NCBI GenBank assembly: GCA_041891055.1 | Contig: CP169074.1 | Span: forward strand, 32,001-96,000 | DNA: 64,000 nt | From: Halorutilales archaeon Cl-col2-1 | GTDB lineage: Archaea > Halobacteriota > Halobacteria > Halobacteriales > Afararchaeaceae | Direction of reading: 5' to 3' | Shown here: positions 18,875-29,192 of the stretch, one piece after another | Layout of the letters: every line of letters begins with the position of its first letter | How positions within the stretch are numbered: the stretch's first letter is position 1 | Notes under the pieces: model-generated | Seen by the model: only the letters and a program-made list of their open reading frames with translations | Databases searched by the model: none | What the model was told of the DNA's origin: nothing | Position numbers and translations under genes: made by a program

Positions 18875-21320
18875 ATCCACAATCAAGGATAGTATCGAAT
18901 CAGCAGCCGATACGGTCGGTTCCGTCTGGCCCCTACACTCGTTCGTAACGTCGAATCCTCTGTCGGGCTTCGAGGATCAGCCGTTCCACGAAGCAGTCGA
19001 GGAAGCAGAGGATCTGATAGGCGGAGACGGATATCCGAGTCATGACGTGTTTCGGAGAGCGTGGGAGTCGGGACAGATCGACACCGAAGTGTTAGAGAGA
19101 CGTCTGAGACAGAACGGCTACGGTCTGAGTCCCGAGGAGTCACTCGACCGCATGGCTGAGAAAAGAGCGGAGACGGACGACGATCCCAGAAAGACAGCCG
19201 AGATGGAGAAGGTCGATGCGGTTCTAACGAAATGGCTCGCGGCGTTCCTCGACCAAGGACATGCTGACTGGTCGATGCCGAACCGCGAGGAGGGTTTCTA
19301 CGAGGCTTTCCGAACCGTCGCACGCCACGACACGGATATACCCGACAGGGACTTTATCGCGGATCTTCCCGACGATCCCATCGAGGCAGTCAAGGACTGT
19401 CTCGCGGATTACCAGGTCGGCGACTGGCACAGTATCTTCGATTTCCAGATGGCGGAGCTACCGGGCTGGACGGGGTACCTCAAACAGCGTGCCGATGACG
19501 ATGGTGCCTGGCAGTCGAAGTACCCGATAACCCTCTCGGGGTATCTCGCGGTTCGTCTGACTCTCGTAGACCTCTTCGATGCACCTCTCGCACCGTCGGA
19601 AGAATATTCCGGCGACACCGACCGCAGAGACTCGACCGGCGAGGACAGAGAGGGACTTCCACTCCCCGAAGTCTGGCTCGCGGCTTGGGAGGAGACATAC
19701 AAGACCGAACTCGTCGAGTCGATCCAGGAGACAGGTGACTCGGCGTCGGATACATACAGAGAGGGACGTCCCGACGCCCAGCTAGTCTTCTGTATCGACA
19801 CACGGTCCGAGATCATCAGACGTCATATCGAGGAGGCTGGCAAGTACGAGACCCACGGCTACGCCGGCTTCTTCGGGGTTCCGATGCGGTACTCGGAGTA
19901 CGACGGCGACGTGGATGTCGATGCGTGTCCCCCGATACTCGACCCACAGCACCGTATCACAGACCGTCCCGCGGAGGACTGCGACAGTAAGAGTAAGGAC
20001 GAGTACGAAAACTGGCAAAAAACACTGACTGCGGGAAAGAAGGCTCTCAAGAGTATCAAGTCGAATGCCGCGACAGCCTTCAGCTTTGTCGAGAGCACAG
20101 GCGTGGGATACGGCGCAGCCTTAGCCACTCGGACGATCCTACCTGCACGTGTCTATGACCTCTTCGACACAGTCGACGAACACGTCCCTGACGACCACGA
20201 GTTCTGTGAGCCTTCACTCGACTTCGACTGTGACGCCCCCACCCATGACAGTGACCACGGGCTACGCGAGGGACTTACGCTTGACGAGAAGGTTGAGTAC
20301 GCCCAGACAGCCTTCGAACTCATGGGATGGGAAGAGTTCGCCCGCCTCGTAGTCTTTACGGGACACGCTAGCCAGACTACGAACAATCCCTTCGACTCGA
20401 GCCTCGACTGTGGAGCTTGCGCGGGCAATCCGGGCGGTCCGAACGCACGTGTCCTCGCGGCAATCTGTAACGACGGCGAAGTCAAGCGAGAGCTACGTGA
20501 CCGGGGCATCGCCGTCCCAGACGACACCGTCTTCGTCGCTGCTGAACACAACACGACTACCGACGGGATCGAGATCTACGACAGTCGAGTCCCTGAAAGC
20601 CACGAGGAGGACTTAGAACAGCTACGTGACGACCTCGAAACTGCCCGAGAGGCTGCGGCTGAGGAGCGTTCCTGTAGCATGGGTGTCGACGGAGACGCCG
20701 AGTCAAGAGTCCGTGATACAGAGCGCCGTGCCGCTGACTGGGCAGAGACACGTCCCGAGTGGGGTCTCGCGGGAAATGCGGGCTTTGTAGTCGGTCCTCG
20801 CACACTCACCCAAGACTGTGACCTCGACGGACGGTCTTTCCTTCACTCGTATGACTGGAGGACAGACCCCGAGGGCGACGCACTCGAGGATATACTGACA
20901 GGTCCTATGGTCGTTACTCAGTGGATCAACGCCCAGTATTACTTCGGGACGGTCGACAACGCCGTCTACGGGAGTGGCTCGAAGGTGACACACAACCCCA
21001 TCGGAAATATCGGTGTCTACCAGGGCAACGGTGGCGACCTGATGACAGGTCTGCCGTTAGAGTCCCTGATGAGTGCCGATGACGAGCCCTACCACCAGCC
21101 TCTCCGTCTCTCGACTGTGGTTCACGCACCCGTCGAGAATGTGACCGAGATACTCTCCGAAAACGACGAGATCACACGTCTTCTCGACAACAACTGGCTC
21201 TCACTCACGGTCGTCGATCCCCAACGGGGACACCGGGCGTTCGAATACGACGGCAGTCTTAGCTGGACGCCAGCCACAGACGAGACCGCCGAACGCGAGC
21301 GCGTCAGTATAACCAACTGA
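18864..21320 (+). CDS. dabA: DabA (DUF2309/UPF0753), Zn-dependent vectorial carbonic anhydrase subunit
   Basis: WPLHSFVTSNPL, FCIDTRSE, GHASQTTNNP, LDCGAC, AEHNTTTD, PMVVTQWIN, YHQPLRL. Confidence 0.92.
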   Translation: MSTESTIKDSIESAADTVGSVWPLHSFVTSNPLSGFEDQPFHEAVEEAEDLIGGDGYPSHDVFRRAWESGQIDTEVLERRLRQNGYGLSPEESLDRMAEKRAETDDDPRKTAEMEKVDAVLTKWLAAFLDQGHADWSMPNREEGFYEAFRTVARHDTDIPDRDFIADLPDDPIEAVKDCLADYQVGDWHSIFDFQMAELPGWTGYLKQRADDDGAWQSKYPITLSGYLAVRLTLVDLFDAPLAPSEEYSGDTDRRDSTGEDREGLPLPEVWLAAWEETYKTELVESIQETGDSASDTYREGRPDAQLVFCIDTRSEIIRRHIEEAGKYETHGYAGFFGVPMRYSEYDGDVDVDACPPILDPQHRITDRPAEDCDSKSKDEYENWQKTLTAGKKALKSIKSNAATAFSFVESTGVGYGAALATRTILPARVYDLFDTVDEHVPDDHEFCEPSLDFDCDAPTHDSDHGLREGLTLDEKVEYAQTAFELMGWEEFARLVVFTGHASQTTNNPFDSSLDCGACAGNPGGPNARVLAAICNDGEVKRELRDRGIAVPDDTVFVAAEHNTTTDGIEIYDSRVPESHEEDLEQLRDDLETAREAAAEERSCSMGVDGDAESRVRDTERRAADWAETRPEWGLAGNAGFVVGPRTLTQDCDLDGRSFLHSYDWRTDPEGDALEDILTGPMVVTQWINAQYYFGTVDNAVYGSGSKVTHNPIGNIGVYQGNGGDLMTGLPLESLMSADDEPYHQPLRLSTVVHAPVENVTEILSENDEITRLLDNNWLSLTVVDPQRGHRAFEYDGSLSWTPATDETAERERVSITN

Positions 21321-21386
21321 AACAGTTCAGCTTCTTCGGCTTGACAAGCTTTGTATACTCCCGAACTCTATACGTCCCATCCTCGT

Positions 21387-21809
21387 ATGTACAAAATTCT
21401 CGAACACACTGCAGACGCCAAGTTCAAGGCTGAGGGCGAGACACTCGAAGACGCATTCACCGAGGTAGTCGAGGCGTTCGCCGAGGTGGTCGGAACACCA
21501 CGGATAGAAGACGAAGACGACGATTCCGAGACTGATGTTGGGATAGCGGTTGAGTCGGAGAACCTCGAAGCCCTTGTCTTCGACTTCCTCGACCGTCTTA
21601 TCTACACTCAGGACGTCGAGGGCGTCGCAGTCGTGGAATCCAAGGACTTGACTGTCGACGAGACGGACAGCGGCTACTCACTCGAAGCCGTTCTCAAGAC
21701 AGTGCCCATAACCGGAGGCCTCACCGACATCAAGGCTCCGACATACAACGACATGAGGGTCGAGGAGACCAACTCGGGATGGCTGATTCAGGCGGTTCTC
21801 GACATCTGA
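21387..21809 (+). CDS. Archease
   Basis: YKILEHTADA...IKAPTYNDM...AVLDI; directly upstream of rtcB. Confidence 0.92.
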   Translation: MYKILEHTADAKFKAEGETLEDAFTEVVEAFAEVVGTPRIEDEDDDSETDVGIAVESENLEALVFDFLDRLIYTQDVEGVAVVESKDLTVDETDSGYSLEAVLKTVPITGGLTDIKAPTYNDMRVEETNSGWLIQAVLDI

Positions 21810-21846
21810 CCCAAAGGTTTAGTTAGGCAGATTCGAAGACTCAGGT

Positions 21847-23271
21847 ATGGAGATATCACAGGTAGACGAAAACATCTACGAGATCGAGCAGGAAGACGAC
21901 ATGAACGTTCCTGCGAGGGTCTACGCTTCTGAGCTTCTTCTGGAGAAGATCGAACAGGACAAGACGCTCGAACAGGTCAGAAACGTCGCCACCCTGCCGG
22001 GAATACAGAAGTACTCTATCGTTCTCCCCGACGGTCACCAGGGATACGGATTCCCGATAGGCGGCGTCGCGGCTGTCGACATGGACGACGGAGTCATAAG
22101 TCCCGGAGGTATCGGCTATGACATTAATTGCGGCGTCCGTGTTCTGCGTACAAACCTGAGTTACGACGACGTGAAGGGAACGGGGGAGAAGCTAGCCGAG
22201 AGGCTCTACCAGACAGTCCCATCGGGTCTCGGCAAGGGAAGCTATCTAGACACGGATCTCGACGACATAGAAGGTATACTCGAAGGCGGCATGGAGTGGA
22301 TGCTCGAAAACCGACACGCCTTCGAGGAGGATCTCGAACACTGTGAGGAGAACGGCAGGCTACCCGGCGATCCGAAGGCTGTTCCCGAGGAGGCGAAGGA
22401 GAGAGGAGTCAGCCAGGTTGGATCGCTCGGATCGGGCAACCACTTCTTAGAGGTACAGAGGGTCTCGAACCTCTACGACGAATCGACCGCCGAAGCCTAC
22501 GGTCTTGAGGAGGATCAGATCGTCGTCATGATACACACGGGATCGAGGGGTCTCGGACACCAGACGTGTACCAACTACCTCAGGAGGTTCGAGAGGGAGT
22601 ACCCCGATATAGTCGAGGATCTCCCCGACAAGGAACTCATATACGCGCCGATAGGCGACGACCCAGCCGAGGAGTACAGAGACGCTATGTACGCCGCCGC
22701 CAACTTCGCGTGGTCGAACAGACAGGCGATAACACAGGCTGTGAGAGAAGTCTTCAACGAGATGTACAACATCCGTGAGAGGGACGTCGAACTCGTCTAC
22801 GATGTCTGTCACAACATAGCCAAGGAGGAGACCCACACCGTAGACGGCGACGAGAAGGAGCTACTCGTCCACAGGAAAGGCGCGACGAGAGCCTTTCCCG
22901 CAGGAAGGGAGGAGGTTCCCGACGTCTACCAGGACGTAGGTCAGCCCGTTCTCATACCCGGTACGATGGGCACCGACTCGTGGATACTCTCGGGAGGTGA
23001 GAAGTCGCTCGACCTCTCGTTCGGATCGACCGCACACGGTGCTGGCAGGGTGATGTCGAGGACACAGGCGAAGAAGGACTACTGGGGACGTGACGTACAG
23101 GAACAGCTCGCGGAGAGGCAGATTTACGTCAGGGCAGAGAGCGGATCGACTATCGCCGAGGAGGCACCCGGAGCGTACAAGGACGTCGATGAGGTCATGA
23201 GGGTGAGCGACGAACTCGGAATAGGTGAGAGGGTCTCACGTCTCGCTCCTATAGCGACTATAAAGGGGTAG
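21847..23271 (+). CDS. rtcB: RNA-splicing ligase RtcB
   Basis: PDGHQGYGFPIGG, GYDINCG, GSGNHF, HTGSRG, HRKGAT, HGAGR, EEAPGAYKD. Confidence 0.97.
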   Translation: MEISQVDENIYEIEQEDDMNVPARVYASELLLEKIEQDKTLEQVRNVATLPGIQKYSIVLPDGHQGYGFPIGGVAAVDMDDGVISPGGIGYDINCGVRVLRTNLSYDDVKGTGEKLAERLYQTVPSGLGKGSYLDTDLDDIEGILEGGMEWMLENRHAFEEDLEHCEENGRLPGDPKAVPEEAKERGVSQVGSLGSGNHFLEVQRVSNLYDESTAEAYGLEEDQIVVMIHTGSRGLGHQTCTNYLRRFEREYPDIVEDLPDKELIYAPIGDDPAEEYRDAMYAAANFAWSNRQAITQAVREVFNEMYNIRERDVELVYDVCHNIAKEETHTVDGDEKELLVHRKGATRAFPAGREEVPDVYQDVGQPVLIPGTMGTDSWILSGGEKSLDLSFGSTAHGAGRVMSRTQAKKDYWGRDVQEQLAERQIYVRAESGSTIAEEAPGAYKDVDEVMRVSDELGIGERVSRLAPIATIKG

Positions 23272-23310
23272 AAACGAGAGAGACAGACACAAAGACAGAG
23301 AACTAATAGA

Positions 23311-24132
23311 CTAAGACAGCTTCTTCTTGGCTTCCTCGACTATTCCGTCTATGTCGGCGTCCTGGAGATCCTCGTCGCCGAGTCGGAGACGCAGACGCGG
23401 TCTTCCTATGTCGATCGGCTCCTTCTCGGTGTCTATCAGACCTGCGTCCTCCAGCTCAGTCTTCTTACGTGAGAAGGTCGCCTTCGACGCGACGCCCGAG
23501 TCTTCTCCCCATTTCGAGATGTCATAGAGGAGTATCTTGTTCTTCGCCGCGACCAGGAGAGCGACTGTGATCTCGTCGAGCCCCTCACCGTCACCCTTCG
23601 CGGCGTCGAGGAGGTCGAGGACTCTTCTGAAGTCGTCCTCAGTCTCGTCGCCTATCTCGTCGCTCAGACTCTGGCTCACGTCGCTCATCGGCGGAGTACG
23701 TATCTTGAACTCGTCTCCATCCTCCCACATCGAGTCGAAGAGGTTCGAGACCGACTCGGCGAGTTCGTCGTTCTCGGCTGCGACGGTACCTATCGAGTCG
23801 TCGGTCTCTATGAAGCTGATAGTCTCTGTGTCGTCGAGTATAGCCACCGACCTCTCGACCGTGTCGTCAGTAGACAGTATCTCTAAGACTCCCTCCTTTA
23901 TGAGGTCACTCGCGGCACTCGATATCAGGAAGTCACGCATCACCTCCTTGAGACTCTCCTCGTGGACGAGTACACGCATCCTCTCGATCTTGTCGCGCTC
24001 CTCGCTCGCGACCTCTATGTAGTCGCCCAGAACCCCAGGAGAGACCTGCAGAACGTCGAGACTGCCTCCGCTTTCCTCTATGGATCTCCGTATAATGTCC
24101 CGTCCGTCGACACCTGTCAAGTTCGCTGTCAT
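23311..24132 (-). CDS. tbsP: TbsP-like transcriptional regulator (DUF5821 + HTH)
   Basis: LLYDISKWGEDSGVASKATFSRKK...IDIGRPRLRL; divergent from glyA as in other haloarchaea. Confidence 0.75.
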   Translation of the reverse strand: MTANLTGVDGRDIIRRSIEESGGSLDVLQVSPGVLGDYIEVASEERDKIERMRVLVHEESLKEVMRDFLISSAASDLIKEGVLEILSTDDTVERSVAILDDTETISFIETDDSIGTVAAENDELAESVSNLFDSMWEDGDEFKIRTPPMSDVSQSLSDEIGDETEDDFRRVLDLLDAAKGDGEGLDEITVALLVAAKNKILLYDISKWGEDSGVASKATFSRKKTELEDAGLIDTEKEPIDIGRPRLRLRLGDEDLQDADIDGIVEEAKKKLS

Positions 24133-24334
24133 TCTGACTAAGTATATTGATAGGTCTATATTTAATTTGACGGTCTGAGTCTGATAAATGAGGGATAACG
24201 AGGTAGTTGGAATACGTCAGTCTTAGATTGACTATAACACAGATCGGGGATATGTGGAATACGTCGCTCGCCGACGCTTGAAAGTCTCGGTTGGATCGGA
24301 GAAGACTTATGCTCGACAGTCCGTTTGGTTAGGT

Positions 24335-25579
24335 ATGGAACACATAGACGAGACCGACCCCGAGACGGCGGAGGCGATACGCGGAGAGATCGAGAGGGAG
24401 GAACGCGGTCTTGAGATGATAGCGAGCGAGAACATCGCCTCGAAGGCTGTGATGGAGGCACAGGGCTCTGTAATGACCAACAAGTACGCCGAGGGGTATC
24501 CAGGAGAGAGGTACTACGGCGGCTGTGAACACATGGACGAGGTCGAGGATCTCGCGAGAGACCGCGCGAAGGAGATCTTCGGAGCCGACCACGTCAACGT
24601 ACAGCCACATTCGGGGACACAGGCTAACATGGCAGTCTACTTCTCTGTTCTTGAGCCCGGCGACAAGATACTCGGAATGGATCTCACACACGGAGGACAT
24701 CTCTCCCACGGACATCCCGCCAACTTCTCGGGAAAGCTCTACGACGTAGAGAGCTACGAGGTCGACGAGGAGACGGGACGTATAGACTACGACGACCTGA
24801 GGGAGCACGCCGAGGAGTTCGACCCCGACATAATCGTATCGGGAGCGAGTGCGTATCCCCGCGAGATAGAGTTCGACACTATAGGAGAGATAGCCGACGA
24901 CGTCGACGCCTACCATCTCGCCGACATAGCACACATAGCCGGATTAGTCGCCTCAGACGTTCATCAGAGTCCTGTTGAGCACGCCGAGTTCGTGACGACG
25001 ACGACACACAAGACACTCCGTGGTCCGAGAGGCGGAATGATAATGTGTGACGAAGAGTTCGCCGACGACATAGACACGACTGTCTTCCCCGGAGTCCAGG
25101 GAGGACCCCTGATGCATGTCGTAGCCGCTAAGGCTGTCTCGTTCAAGGAGGCACTCACAGACGACTTCGACGAGTATCAGGAGGCGATCGCCGAGAACGC
25201 ACGTGTCCTCGGTGAGACGCTCCAGGACGAGGGATGGAACCTCGTGAGCGGCGGAACCGACAACCATCTCGTCCTGATGGATCTACGTGGTACCGGAATT
25301 ACCGGAAAGGAGGCGGAGGAAGCACTCGAAGACGTCGACATCACAGTCAACAAGAACACCATACCCGGCGAGGAGAGAGCCCCGACCGTCGCCTCGGGAA
25401 TACGTATAGGTGCTCCCGCGCCGACGACACGTGGTCTGAGAGCCGACGAGTTCGAGAAGGTAGGACGTCTCATCTCACGCGTCCTCAACAACACCGACGA
25501 CGACGAGGTCAAGGCGGAGATCAGAGAAGAGGTAAACAGTCTGTGTGACGAGTTCCCGATCTATCCCGTACTGAACTAA
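24335..25579 (+). CDS. glyA: Serine hydroxymethyltransferase
   Basis: [35 protein letters not shown]; start ATG 24335. Confidence 0.97.
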   Translation: MEHIDETDPETAEAIRGEIEREERGLEMIASENIASKAVMEAQGSVMTNKYAEGYPGERYYGGCEHMDEVEDLARDRAKEIFGADHVNVQPHSGTQANMAVYFSVLEPGDKILGMDLTHGGHLSHGHPANFSGKLYDVESYEVDEETGRIDYDDLREHAEEFDPDIIVSGASAYPREIEFDTIGEIADDVDAYHLADIAHIAGLVASDVHQSPVEHAEFVTTTTHKTLRGPRGGMIMCDEEFADDIDTTVFPGVQGGPLMHVVAAKAVSFKEALTDDFDEYQEAIAENARVLGETLQDEGWNLVSGGTDNHLVLMDLRGTGITGKEAEEALEDVDITVNKNTIPGEERAPTVASGIRIGAPAPTTRGLRADEFEKVGRLISRVLNNTDDDEVKAEIREEVNSLCDEFPIYPVLN

Positions 25580-26676
25580 ATCTTAATCTCCTCACAGACG
25601 CGACGGAAGACTTCTTTTTCGGCTTCGTTCTCATTCTCGTTCTCGTTGTACGCCTCGATCTGACGCTGTGCCCCCGACTCCTCTATGAGACTCTCGGCGA
25701 GACTTAGTTTCTGACCCTCAAGACTCCCGACCACGTCATCGAAGAGGTCTTCGAGTTCGACTACTCCGGTCTCCCCTTCCCCCGTACGCAGGAAAGAGGC
25801 GTCGTGTCCGTGTCTCAGGGCGCGCCACTTGTTCTCATCGAGTATCTCACGTCTGACGTCGGTGTGACCGCCTCTGTCGCAGTCCGAGTACAGATCGAGG
25901 ACGAGTGCACGTGTCAGAGCCACGAACCCGACGACCCTCTCGATACTCGTCTGTGAGTCGGGCGAACGTATCTCGACTGTGCCGTACCTCGTGTTGGGAC
26001 GCACGTCCCACCAGATCTCTCCTCTGTCCTTTATCGATCCTTCCTCGACCATCCTCTTCTCGAACGACCTGAAGTCGCGCCACGAGTCGAATGCGGTCGG
26101 CATCCCCGTGTTAGGCAGGTTCTCGAAGACGACCGCCCTCGCACTTCTCAGACCCGTCTCGTATCCCTGCCAGAAAGGAGAGTTGGCTCCGAGAGCGAGA
26201 TACATCGGAAGGTAACGTCTGATCTCGTTGGCTATACAGACCGCGGTGTCGGCGTCGTCTACGCCTATGTGGACGTGGAGACCCGCCGTCGTGTTCCTGT
26301 GCTGAGGATAGCCTATACGTTCGAGCTGTTTGGTGTAACGCGGCTTCTGTATCTGTTCGTTCTCGATCCATCTCGCCGAGGGATGGAGACCCGCCGCGAG
26401 AACCTCGTAGCCGTAAGACCGGACGTACGACTTGAGAGCCTCCCTCTTCTCGGCGACCTGGTCACGTGCGTCTCCGACGGAGGTCGCCGTGTCGGTCGTG
26501 GTTTCGAGGACGAACTTGAATAGCTCGGTGTCAAGATGATCCTGAAGCTCGCGTGGAGGGTCTTCTAGAAGACTGTCGGAGGCTGGCACGGGCTGAAGAG
26601 TCTCGGAGTCGACGACGTAGAACTCCTCCTCGACCCCTATCGTGCCTAACGTGTCGAACCTTTCCCTCTCTTTCAT
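25576..26676 (-). CDS. Glutamate--cysteine ligase (GCS2/YbdK family)
   Basis: TIGVEEE, GLHVHIG, NSPFWQG, IWWDVRP, GTVEIR. Confidence 0.9.
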   Translation of the reverse strand: MKERERFDTLGTIGVEEEFYVVDSETLQPVPASDSLLEDPPRELQDHLDTELFKFVLETTTDTATSVGDARDQVAEKREALKSYVRSYGYEVLAAGLHPSARWIENEQIQKPRYTKQLERIGYPQHRNTTAGLHVHIGVDDADTAVCIANEIRRYLPMYLALGANSPFWQGYETGLRSARAVVFENLPNTGMPTAFDSWRDFRSFEKRMVEEGSIKDRGEIWWDVRPNTRYGTVEIRSPDSQTSIERVVGFVALTRALVLDLYSDCDRGGHTDVRREILDENKWRALRHGHDASFLRTGEGETGVVELEDLFDDVVGSLEGQKLSLAESLIEESGAQRQIEAYNENENENEAEKEVFRRVCEEIKI

Positions 26677-26746
26677 CCGACTCTCGCCTCTGTGTACTTG
26701 TGATTGGAAAACCAGATATAAAAGTGAATCTAACTAAACTGAGTCT

Positions 26747-27511
26747 CTACGCCGCGGCTTCCTCACGTATCCAGTCGTAGCCCTCGTCCTCGAGCTTCTC
26801 GGCGAGCTCGTGTCCTCCCTTCTTAGCCACCTCTCCGTCGAGCATCACGGCGACGCGGTCGGGCTCGACGTAGTCGAGTATTCTCTGGTAATGCGTGATG
26901 AGGAGAGTACCCATCGAGTCGTCACCCTGTGTGAGCTCGTTTATGCCCTCGGCGACTATCTTGAGTGCGTCTATGTCGAGACCCGAGTCGACCTCGTCTA
27001 TGAGGGATATCTCGGGGTTGAGAACCGCCATCTGGAGGACTTCCATTCTCTTCTTCTCTCCTCCTGAGAATCCCTCGTTGATCGACCTGTTCATGAAGTC
27101 GGAGTCGATGTCGAGTATCTCCATCTTCTCCTCGAGCATCTCCTGGAACTCCGCAGGTCCTATTTCGTCTTCCTCGTCCCTACCGGCGTTCACCGCGGTA
27201 CGAAGGAAGTTACTCACCGTCACACCCGTGATCTCCTTGGGGTACTGGAAGGCGAGGAAGAGACCGAGATTTGCCCTCTCGTCGGTCTCCATCTCAAGTA
27301 TGTTCTCGCCCTGGAGGTACGCCTCTCCCTCGGTGACCTCGTAAGCCGGATGTCCCATTAGTACCTTCGCGAGAGTCGACTTTCCGCTTCCGTTGGGACC
27401 CATCATGGCGACGACCTCACCCTTCTCTATCGTGATGTCGACTCCGTTGAGTATCTTTTCTCCGTCAGCCTCTACGTGTAAGTTGTTTACTTCAAGTTGT
27501 GTCTGTGTCAT
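26747..27511 (-). CDS. sufC: Fe-S cluster assembly ATPase SufC
   Basis: GPNGSGKST, LAFQYP, NEGFSGGEKKR, DSGLDIDAL, ITHYQRIL. Confidence 0.97.
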   Translation of the reverse strand: MTQTQLEVNNLHVEADGEKILNGVDITIEKGEVVAMMGPNGSGKSTLAKVLMGHPAYEVTEGEAYLQGENILEMETDERANLGLFLAFQYPKEITGVTVSNFLRTAVNAGRDEEDEIGPAEFQEMLEEKMEILDIDSDFMNRSINEGFSGGEKKRMEVLQMAVLNPEISLIDEVDSGLDIDALKIVAEGINELTQGDDSMGTLLITHYQRILDYVEPDRVAVMLDGEVAKKGGHELAEKLEDEGYDWIREEAAA

Positions 27512-27556
27512 TGTTGATCTTATCTTGTCTTAACTTAAGCTACCTGTCTAACTATG

Positions 27557-27940
27557 CTATGCCTCTGCCTCGTACTCTGCTACGCCGCCTTCGAGAACCT
27601 TGAGACCTAAGACCGCACATTTCACCCTCATCGGGTTGAGATCTATGCCGAGCATATCCATTATGTAGTCGCGGTCGAGGTCTTTGACCTCTTCGAGAGT
27701 CATTCCCTTGATCTCGTCAGTGAGCATCGACGCGCTCGCCTGGCTGATCGCACAGCCCTCCCCCTCGAACTTCGCGTCTACTATCTCGCCGTCCTCGTCT
27801 AGCTCGACGTAGACGTCTATCTCGTCGCCACACGACGGGTTGACGTCATCGTACTCTATGTCGGGGTTCTCGATCTCGCCGTAGTTGTGGGGATTCCTGT
27901 AATGGTCGAGTATGTTCTGCTTGTACATGTCGCGGCTCAT
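27557..27940 (-). CDS. sufU: SufU/IscU-type Fe-S assembly protein
   Basis: ILDHYRNPHN, NPSCGD, GCAISQASAS, RVKCA. Confidence 0.88.
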   Translation of the reverse strand: MSRDMYKQNILDHYRNPHNYGEIENPDIEYDDVNPSCGDEIDVYVELDEDGEIVDAKFEGEGCAISQASASMLTDEIKGMTLEEVKDLDRDYIMDMLGIDLNPMRVKCAVLGLKVLEGGVAEYEAEA

Positions 27941-29187
27941 GCTCCGAACACCTCCTTGACGTCTTCGAGTGACTCTACGAATCTGTCCGCCTCCTCACGT
28001 GTGTTGTAGAGGTAGAACGACGCACGTGCTGTCGCCGCTACATCTAACTGATCCATAACGGGCTGTACGCAGTGGTGTCCCGCTCTGACGGCGACTCCCG
28101 AGTCGTTGAGTATGTCGCTCGTGTCGTGAGCGTGTGCGCCCTCGACGTTGAACGAGACGACCCCTCCTCTCTCCTCGTAGTCGGAAGACGGACCGTATAC
28201 CTCGACACCGTCGACCTCTTCGAGTCTTTCGACCGTGTACTCCGCGAGCATCTTCTCGTGTTCGTGTATGTTCTCCATGCCTATATCTTCGAGGTACTCT
28301 ACGGCTCTCCCGAGACCTATCCCCTCGGCGACGTTCGGGGTTCCCGCCTCGAACTTCCACGGAATCTCCGCCCACGTCGCCTCCTCACGTGTGACCTTCT
28401 TTATCATCTCTCCGCCGTACTCGAACGGCGATGTCTCTTCGAGGACTTCCTTCGAGCCGTATAGGACTCCGCTTCCCGTCGGTCCACACATCTTGTGTCC
28501 GCTGAAGGCGAGGAAGTCACAGCCTATCTCTCCGACGTCTACGGGCATATGAGGAACGCTCTGGGCGGCGTCTACGAGACACCGTGCGCCGACTTCGTGG
28601 GCGCGGTCACAGATCTCCTCTACCGGCGTGACCGTGCCGAAGACATTCGACATATGTATCACCGAGACCATTGCTGCGTCCTCGGTGATCTTCGTCTCTA
28701 TCTCGCCTTCCTCTATGAATCCGTGGTCGTCGGTTTCGAGAAAGACGAGGTCTGCGCCCGTGCGTTTAGCGATCTGCTGCCACGGGAGGAGACCCGAGTG
28801 GTGTTCCATCCCCGTGAGGACGACCTCGTCGCCCTCGCCGAGGTTATCGAGACCCCAGCCGTATGCTACTGTGTTGATCGCCTCCGTCGTGTTCGAGGTG
28901 AAGACGATTTCGTCGCTCGACGCGCCTATGAAGTCTGCGACCTTGTCGTGAGCCGTCTCGTAGGCTATGCTAGCCTCCTGGCTCATCTCGTGGAGACCCC
29001 TGTGTACGTTGGCGTTGTACCTCTCGTAGTACTCGTTCATCGCGTCGACGACCTGAGTCGGGGTCTGTGAGGTCGCTGCGTTGTCGAGGTAGACGAGTCT
29101 CTCCCCGTTGACCTCACGTCCGAGTGCGGGGAAGTCTCTCCGTACCTCCTCGACGTCTATCGGGCTAGGGCACTCCTCGGCAGTCAT
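27937..29187 (-). CDS. sufS: Cysteine desulfurase SufS
   Basis: YLDNAATSQ, SGHKMCGPTG, FEAGTP, RAGHHC, RASFYLYNT. Confidence 0.96.
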   Translation of the reverse strand: MTAEECPSPIDVEEVRRDFPALGREVNGERLVYLDNAATSQTPTQVVDAMNEYYERYNANVHRGLHEMSQEASIAYETAHDKVADFIGASSDEIVFTSNTTEAINTVAYGWGLDNLGEGDEVVLTGMEHHSGLLPWQQIAKRTGADLVFLETDDHGFIEEGEIETKITEDAAMVSVIHMSNVFGTVTPVEEICDRAHEVGARCLVDAAQSVPHMPVDVGEIGCDFLAFSGHKMCGPTGSGVLYGSKEVLEETSPFEYGGEMIKKVTREEATWAEIPWKFEAGTPNVAEGIGLGRAVEYLEDIGMENIHEHEKMLAEYTVERLEEVDGVEVYGPSSDYEERGGVVSFNVEGAHAHDTSDILNDSGVAVRAGHHCVQPVMDQLDVAATARASFYLYNTREEADRFVESLEDVKEVFGA

Positions 29188-29192
29188 CTCTA

